From the human T2T-CHM13v2.0 reference genome, Homo sapiens, in the NCBI RefSeq assembly GCF_009914755.1, contig NC_060936.1: a stretch of DNA of 64,000 bases; one strand, 5' to 3'. A program made the position numbers and the translations under genes. This document shows positions 50,312 to 64,000 of this stretch, in pieces. The notes under the pieces were generated by a model. It saw only the letters and a list, made by a program, of their open reading frames with translations, made no database searches and was not told the origin of the DNA. Every line of letters starts with the position of its first letter. Positions within the stretch are counted from its first letter, which is position 1.

Positions 50312-50653
50312 TCAAAGGTGCCTGGGTTTTTGGAGATTTAGAGTGCTGAGAGATGCTGTTTGCACACCACCAAGATTCAAATTGAAATTATAGGCAAGTA
50401 AAAGCACCTCCTATCCCATGGCTAACTCCTTTCTCCAGCTTTACATGTTAGCTATGTCCACCCTCAGGTTCTCAACTTAGAAAGAAGTCTTTTTATTCCT
50501 TGAGGGGATTTATTTCTTTCTCAAGAAAGAAATCATGGTAATTTCATGCTGATTGAGAAAAGACCAAAATGAGCTTATAAAATTAATTCCTGGGAGAGTT
50601 TTAGTCACTTGTATCTTGTTGACTGCTTTGCAAATCTTTTTTTTTTTTTTTTT

Positions 50654-50965
50654 GGCCAGGCACGGTGGCTCACGCCTGTAGTCCCAGTACTTTGGGAGGC
50701 CGACGTGGGTGGATCACTTGAGGTCAGGAATTTGAGACCAGCCTGGCCAACATGTTGACTCCAGGTCTCTACTAAAAATACAAAAATCAGCCAGGTGTGG
50801 TGGCACATGCCTGTAATCCCAGCTACTCAGGAGGTTGAGGCAGGAGAATTGCTTGAACCCCAGAGGTGGAGTTTGCAGTGAGCCGAGATTGTGTCACTGC
50901 ACTCCAGCCTGGGTGACAGAGTGAGACTCTGTCTAAAAAATAAAAATAAAAAAAAATATATATAT
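50654..50965 (+). mobile_element. AluS
   Basis: Alu consensus. Confidence 0.95.
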
Positions 50966-51730
50966 ATGTAAACCCTCTAAGGGTTTCGGTTGCCAGGAGA
51001 GAAGAAAATGGAACCCAAAACACTTAGAGGAGGAATGACAGACTCATTTTATAGAACAGTGGGAAGGGATTTGGGGATTAGGAAAACCTTCTGGGGAAGT
51101 GTCTGGAGCCTGCGAGTTCTTGAAAAGGACAAACGATCATGTTCCCCATTGTGTTTCAGATGCCCAGCACAATGCCTGATCTGCACTAGGTGTTCAGTAA
51201 ATTATTTGTTGAACGAAAGAATGATTAAGTGAGTGAATGTGAATCTCCAGTCAGGCCTAACCTATGTTTTTGCCAAACCAGACTCCAATGCCTTGATAGC
51301 TTTGCAGCTCTTTTTCCATTCTTTGTCGTCCTGGCAATTGTCTCTGATCCTTTCAAGGCAATAGATGCGACCCTTTGTGGATTATGAACATCTCTGAGAA
51401 TCTGCTGAGAGTAACAGGCCCTTTTCTCAAAAAAAAGAATGCACAGACACGTACACACAATTTGGCATATCTTTTCAAGTGAGCGAATGCCCTGAACCTC
51501 ACATGTGGCCACAGCCTAACAATCTCTGGAGCTTTTCCCACTCTTCTTCCTGTCTCTCTGCCCTGCAGACTTATTTGCTCCTTCACTGGGTCCTCATAGC
51601 ACTTTTTAAAATCTTTTCAGTTTTTAGCTTAAAACAACATGTACTTTATTCACAAGTCTGTAATTTGTGCAGAGCTTGGGGGATGCCCTCTGGCTCCACT
51701 TCAGGCTGGGGCTGGAATCACCTGAAGGAT

Positions 51731-52440
51731 TACTGCATGGTTTGAATGTGTCCCCCAAATTTCATGTACTGGAAACTTAGATCTCCAAGTTCATATGTTG
51801 ATGGTATTTGGATGTGGGGCCTTTAGGAGGTAATTAGGATTAGATAAAGTCATCAGGGTGCAGCCCCCATGATGGGACTGGTGGCTTTATGAGCAGAGGA
51901 GGAGAGGCCTGAGCTGACACACATATTCTTGCCCTTTCATCATGTGATGCCCTCCACCATGTTATGATGCAGCAGGAAGGCCCTTGCCAGACACTGGCAC
52001 CCTGATATTGGACTTCCCAGCCTCTAGAACTGTAAGAAATAAATTTCTTTTCTTTCTTTTTTTTTTTTTTTGAGACAGAATCTCACTCTGTCTCCCAGGC
52101 TGGAGTGCAGTGGCGCATCTCCACTCACTGCAAGCTTCGCCTCCTGGGTTCACGCCATTCTCCTGCCTCAGCCTCCTGCGTACCTGGGATTACAGGCACC
52201 CGCCACCTCGCCTGGCTAACTTTTTGTATTTTTTTTAGTAGAGATGGGGTTTCACGGTGTTAGCCAGGATGGTCTCGATCTCCTGACCTCATGATCCACC
52301 CACCTCGGCCTCCCAAAGTACTGGGATTACAGGTGTGAACTACCGCGCCCGGCCAATTTCTTTTCTTTATAAATTTCTTTTCTCTAGAAATTACCCAGTC
52401 TATGATATTCTGTTATAGTAGCAGAACACAGACTAAGACA
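51731..52440 (+). mobile_element. MST (MaLR) LTR with Alu insertion
   Basis: atggtttgaatgtgtccccc..ttggacttcccagcctctagaactgtaagaaataaa..gactaagaca. Confidence 0.8.
52046..52354 (-). mobile_element. AluY-like
   Basis: Diagnostic ctgcaagct, ttcacgccattctc. Confidence 0.9.
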
Positions 52441-52826
52441 ATTGCTCACTCACCTGTCCAGAAGCTGTCCAGAGATTGATGCTGAAGAGACCTAAACAGT
52501 GGGGAGCTAAAATAGCTGGGGGTCCTCAGGCATCTCCTCCTGTCTCTATGTGGTCTTTCTATGCATTCTCTCTGGCTTATCCAGAGCACTTTAAACATAC
52601 CTCTCTTACTACTTAACCCACAACGTAGTAGTTGTTATTTGGGCCTGTGGATTGTGGCAATGTACTTAACATCTGTTTCATTGGCAAAACTGTAAATCCT
52701 TCAAGGACAAGGACCATAACTTGTTCATCTCTATTTCCTTAAGACCCTAGCAGCTACCTTGTATGTAACTATGTATTTAATATATGCTAGTTGGAATATG
52801 CACGTAGGTATGTGTTTATTTTATCA

Positions 52827-53270
<444 letters not shown>

Positions 53271-53380
53271 TCACTACCCAAAATGCATACCCACAAAGTT
53301 GTATATCATTATTGTCAGTGGCTCAGAAGAAGGGGCAAAGAGGGAAATACCCTCATTACTAAAGTTCACAGGGTTGCATA

Positions 53381-54071
53381 CAGATGATCCTCAATTTACA
53401 ATGGCTCAACTTATAATTTTTCAACTTTATGATGGTGCAAAAGTAACATGCATTCAGTAGAAACTGTACTTCAAGTACCCATACAGCCATTCTGCTTTTT
53501 GCTGTTAGTACAGCATTCAATAAACATGAGATATTCAACACTTTATTATAAAATAGGCTTTGTGTTAGATGATTTTGCCCAACTGTAGGTTAATATAAGT
53601 GTTCTGAGCTTGTTTAAAGTAGGCTAGGTGATATGGTTGGGCTGTGTCTCCACCCAAATCTTGTCTTGAATTGTAGCTCCCATCATTCCCATGTGTTGTG
53701 GGGGAACTCAGTGGGAGGTAATTGAATCATGGGGGCAGTTTCCCCCATACTGTTCTGGTGGTAGTGAGTAAGTCTCACGAGATCTGATGGTTTTATAAGG
53801 GGTTCCCCCTTTCACTTGGCTCTCATTCTCTCTTGCCTGCTGCCATGTAAGATGTGCCTTTTGCCTTCCACCATGATTGTGAGGCCTCCCCAGCCACGTG
53901 GAACCTCTTTTCTTTATAAATTACCCAGTCTTGGGTAAGTCTTTATCAGCCACATGAAAACAAAGTAATACTCTAGGCTAAGCTATGATGTTTGGTAGGT
54001 TAGGTGAATTAAATGCATTTTCAACGTATGATAGGTTTACCAGGATGTATTAATAAGTCGAGAAGCACCTG
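53381..54071. mobile_element. Tigger-derived (MER47-like) element hosting a THE1 LTR
   Basis: TA|CAGATGATCCTC...AGAAGCACCTG termini; body continuous across the THE1 insertion. Confidence 0.7.
53629..53972 (+). mobile_element. THE1 LTR
   Basis: tgatatggtt..ctcacgagatctgatggttttataa..catgattgtgaggcctcccca; 5-bp TSD CTAGG 53624-53628 / 53973-53977. Confidence 0.9.
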
Positions 54072-54628
54072 TGTAAGGCAACTGATCACTTGGGAAAACA
54101 CAGTTTGTGTGAGTAACAAGGTATATAAGAAATGTTCTTCTATCGGTTGCAATTTTATTGCAACTTCCTTGTGATAAAAATGATAGCATATTTATACCAT
54201 GATTTCTCTGTAATGTGCCTCAATTCAGGTTAAGGGAGGTTCAATACAAGAAAATCTACAAGTGGCCAAAACAAACGGCTTAAAGCTGCAATTCTGTAAG
54301 GGTCTGATTTTATCTAAGGACATATTTAAGACCATGTAGTCCAGCTTTTTCTGAAGAGTACACTATGGAATAACAATCTTGGAAAAGCTCTGCCCATAAT
54401 GGCTTCTGTGGTTGAGGAAAGGTGGGAAACCCACTCACGTCTTCCTCTTGGAAGTGCACAGTAAAACACTAGCATTTTAAAGGCTCTGAGAAGTCCTGCA
54501 GTAAGGAAACCCAGCATTTGCCAGGTTTCTCTGACTACTGTTGTGCAAGAACCTTGGGGCAGTCTCAAAATGTGACCTAGGTCCACTGATCCTACCATGA
54601 AATGAATTTTTCCTTCTCGTGAGAATAG

Positions 54629-54976
<348 letters not shown>

Positions 54977-55088
54977 ACGGACTGCTATTCTTAGGGACGT
55001 TATTCTGAACTGTCTCTCCTTTGTCCTAAAAAGACCTAGGAGAGAAACAAAGTAATGTCCGCGAAGTTCCTGCTTAAAGCAACTGTTG

Positions 55089-55172
55089 TTTTTTTTTTTA
55101 ATGGTCATAGCTGTAGAAAACAACATACTTCTTGTTTGTTTTCTATAGCTATGACCGTTACAAAAAAAAAAA
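55089..55172 (+). other. Near-perfect inverted repeat / hairpin
   Basis: 25-bp arms 55099-55123 and 55136-55160 plus T/A tract extension. Confidence 0.9.
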
Positions 55173-55537
55173 GGGTTAGGGAGAAACTTGTCCTCTTACA
55201 TTGCAAATAAAGGAAAAGAAGGGTGTGATTGAATGTTACCGAGAGTTCACAATTTCTGCCGCTAAGAAAATAAAAAAGAGTCCTCTCTATAGACATCAGA
55301 CAAGACCTTTAGATTATCCATAACCTTGATCATAAAATGATCGACACTTGCTCAGGCCAATCAGAAAACCAAAGAGTTGTACCTTCAGCAGATAGATTGC
55401 CAGAAGCAGCACGGGCATCGTCTATTTGTTTTGGTATTGCATATGAAAGGAAATCAAGGGTATCTGTTACTCTTTGTCCAGCTCCTGTCTCCTGGTACAC
55501 TAACATTTTCATCTCAAAAGAATCAAAACGTATCTAG

Positions 55538-55859
<322 letters not shown>

Positions 55860-56118
55860 AAGGCATGCCTCAGTTCTACATGCCATAGAACAATCCCAGA
55901 GTCTTTTCTTCACAGAATACTTGTTAATATCCACTTACTATTCTGTGGAACACACTGGAAATCGGTGATTAAGTACATAGAAGGACTGCAGAGTCTTTAG
56001 GTCAATGGTTCTCAAACTAAGTTCCCCAGAACAGAGTCTCAGAGGCTGCTAGGGAGGGATGGAGAGGCCCTTGGCAGGCAGAGGTCTGGGCCCTCAGCCT
56101 CAATTCAATTGTGGCGGA

Positions 56119-56419
56119 TTTTTTTTGTTTGTTTTTCCTGAGACAGTCTGGAGTCTGGTTCTGTCTCCCAGGGCCAGTGGCACGATCTTGGCTCACCGCA
56201 ACCTCTGCCTCCTGGGTTCAAGCGATTCTCCTGCCTCAGTCTCTTGAGTAGCTGGGACTACAGCACGTGCCACAATGCCCAGCTGATTTTTGTAGTTTTA
56301 TTAGAGACAGCGTTTCACCACGTTGTCCAGGCTGTTCTCAAACTTCTGATCTTAGGTGATCCTCCCACCTTGACCTCTTAAAGCACTGGCATTACAGGCA
56401 TGAGCTACGGTGCCCAGCT
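56119..56419 (-). mobile_element. Alu
   Basis: Alu consensus. Confidence 0.9.
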
Positions 56420-56639
56420 GAATTATCTTTTTTTCTACATAAAAACTTGTTAGGAAAAAAAAGTTTCTGTTACTTAAAATTAGAAAATATTTGAGAGCCA
56501 CTGCTTTAAACAGAGCTCCATATACATTATTTTTCACAGCTGAGATTCTGATAAGGCAAACGATCTTAGTTATATTCTTAGCAAGAACCTGGGGGCAGAA
56601 ATTTAATTATTTTAGATTAAAAGCAGAACCATGGCAAAA

Positions 56640-57550
<911 letters not shown>

Positions 57551-57556
57551 AAAATA

Positions 57557-58392
<836 letters not shown>

Positions 58393-58967
58393 GCAAGCAA
58401 ATATTATTCAATTTTTATTAAAAAAATAAAGAAGAAAAAAAGTCAAACTCTGAAAGGGAGTTTCTATATGTTTTTGTAAATGAAGAAAACAGGAAGGAAA
58501 CATTTATATCAAATTCTTAGCAGTGAATGAATCAGGGAGTTGCATTGGAGAGCAGTGGAGCGGCTATTAACTTTATTTTAGATAATTCTTTATTGTTTGA
58601 ATTGCTACAAAAGATATACATGACTTTCATAATTCAAATGATCAGTATCTTTAAAAACAGAATTAGGGGTAAAAATTCAAAGCAAATCATATTACTTTGA
58701 CAATCACTCAAAGGCAGGGTGGGCCTGCCTTCCTGGAACTGAGTCTTAGAGACCCAGCTGAGGTTTGTGTCTTAATAGAAGGCACCCCAGTTAGGCATAG
58801 AGTTAAGTTGAAGGAGTGCTTTTCAATAAAGCCAAGATTTCCCTTGAAAAACAGTCTTGACTCTTCTCTAATACATGCCAAAGGCTTGAATAAGACCCCA
58901 AAATAATGTACTATAGAACAGGTGTCAGCAGATGTTTTCTGTAAAAGAACAGATAGTAAATATATGA

Positions 58968-59802
<835 letters not shown>

Positions 59803-59957
59803 TTGCCTTACACAATGTGTAAGTGAATGAGGATGGCTGTGTTCCAATACAATTTTATTTATAAGAGAAGTAGCTGGCCAGATTTGACCTGGGGCTATAG
59901 TCTGCCGACCACTGGTATAGAACATGGGCATAACGATCTTTTAGAAGCAAACTTCTA

Positions 59958-60265
<308 letters not shown>

Positions 60266-60329
60266 GAAACAAATGGAAGTATATGTGATTTTAAATAGAA
60301 GTATATGTAATGTGCATACAATAAAAGTA

Positions 60330-62179
<1,850 letters not shown>

Positions 62180-62599
62180 TATGGTTAGTATTTTCATGTC
62201 CTGTCTTAGAAATGTTTCCCCATCCTGAGGACATAAGGATATCCTCCCATGTCATATCCTAGATTTATTGTTTTAGTTTACACATTTCAGTCTACAACCA
62301 TCATAGTAATCATAACCAGAAATATATAATGGGTAGATATGACCCATTGCAATATTTTCAGTCCCTCATGGTCTTCCAGAACTTTCTGTTGCCCATGAGA
62401 GGTGGAGTCTATTTCCCCTTCCCTTCAACCTGGGTTGGCCTCTATGACTGTTTCAACCAATAGAATAAAGCGGAAGAGGCACACGTATCCTTCCAAAGAT
62501 AGCTCAGAGAAGGTAATATGGCTTCCACCTGGCCCTCTCTCATTCTCTCAGGACACATGCTTTGGGTGCTGTGATCACCACATAAGAAGTATGATTCTA

Positions 62600-63501
<902 letters not shown>

Positions 63502-64000
63502 TTACCCGGCAATAGATGATTGCAACAGAAGGCAAGAAGACCAGCCATCTCTCCACACTCTAACCTGGCACTAATTTGGAGGGGGATAAGCTTGGTCTCC
63601 ACGCCTGCTCCTTATTTCAAGGGTGTGTTCTCAACCCCCAAAGGCAAAGAAGGCCTTGACTTTCCCTTAGAGAGCCTCATTTCAATCTTAGTGCCTATGC
63701 AAGTAGCAGAGCACATTCATGAAAAGAGAAAGTCCTGGAGATTTAAGAGATGGGAAAGATGAGATAAGAAAGATAAGAAATCCCCCTTGGCAACCCCTGA
63801 AGAGTAGTGAGGTTTTGGTGCTCATCCAGAGAGATTAGCAAGGAACACTTGAGGAGTATCAGTCAGAAAGATCCATGAGGGGCTTGGGGGACACTTTATT
63901 CCTCGAAAAGAGGAAATAAGGCAGATTTCACGGAGATCTCCTGGCTCTGGAGCGCCTGCCTCTCAGCTTTGGCTCCAAGGAGATTCAGCAGCTCAGGGTG

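Overview
Primate (very likely human) genomic DNA, rich in Alus (about 50 copies) with many old L1M, L2, MIR, MaLR/ERV LTRs and DNA transposons. It is not prokaryotic and has no CRISPR array or operon. The only convincing protein-coding sequence is an intronless, intact LC3B retrocopy (MAP1LC3B2, 59139-59516, + strand, Tyr113->Cys relative to LC3B). It has a poly(A) tail and a 16-bp target-site duplication (TSD) and is inserted inside a MER58A-like hAT element. About 42 kb upstream is a GC-box promoter and spliced lncRNA that I recognise from memory as LINC00173, placing the window at human 12q24.22. The most notable structure is how the retrogene may have been wired in: a candidate 5' exon at ~42.5 kb, next to an ancient duplicated RUNX/RBPJ-motif module, could splice into an AG inside the retrocopy's own TSD. 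That junction is in frame with upstream ATGs, predicting an N-terminally extended LC3B2. Other oddities are a pre-miRNA-like 84-nt hairpin, a tailless 5S rRNA retropseudogene, a 38-bp C/D-box-like micro-insertion with a TSD, and a templated local duplication of an Alu plus its flank. Repeat subfamily names and most repeat boundaries are approximate, recognised by eye with no database search.
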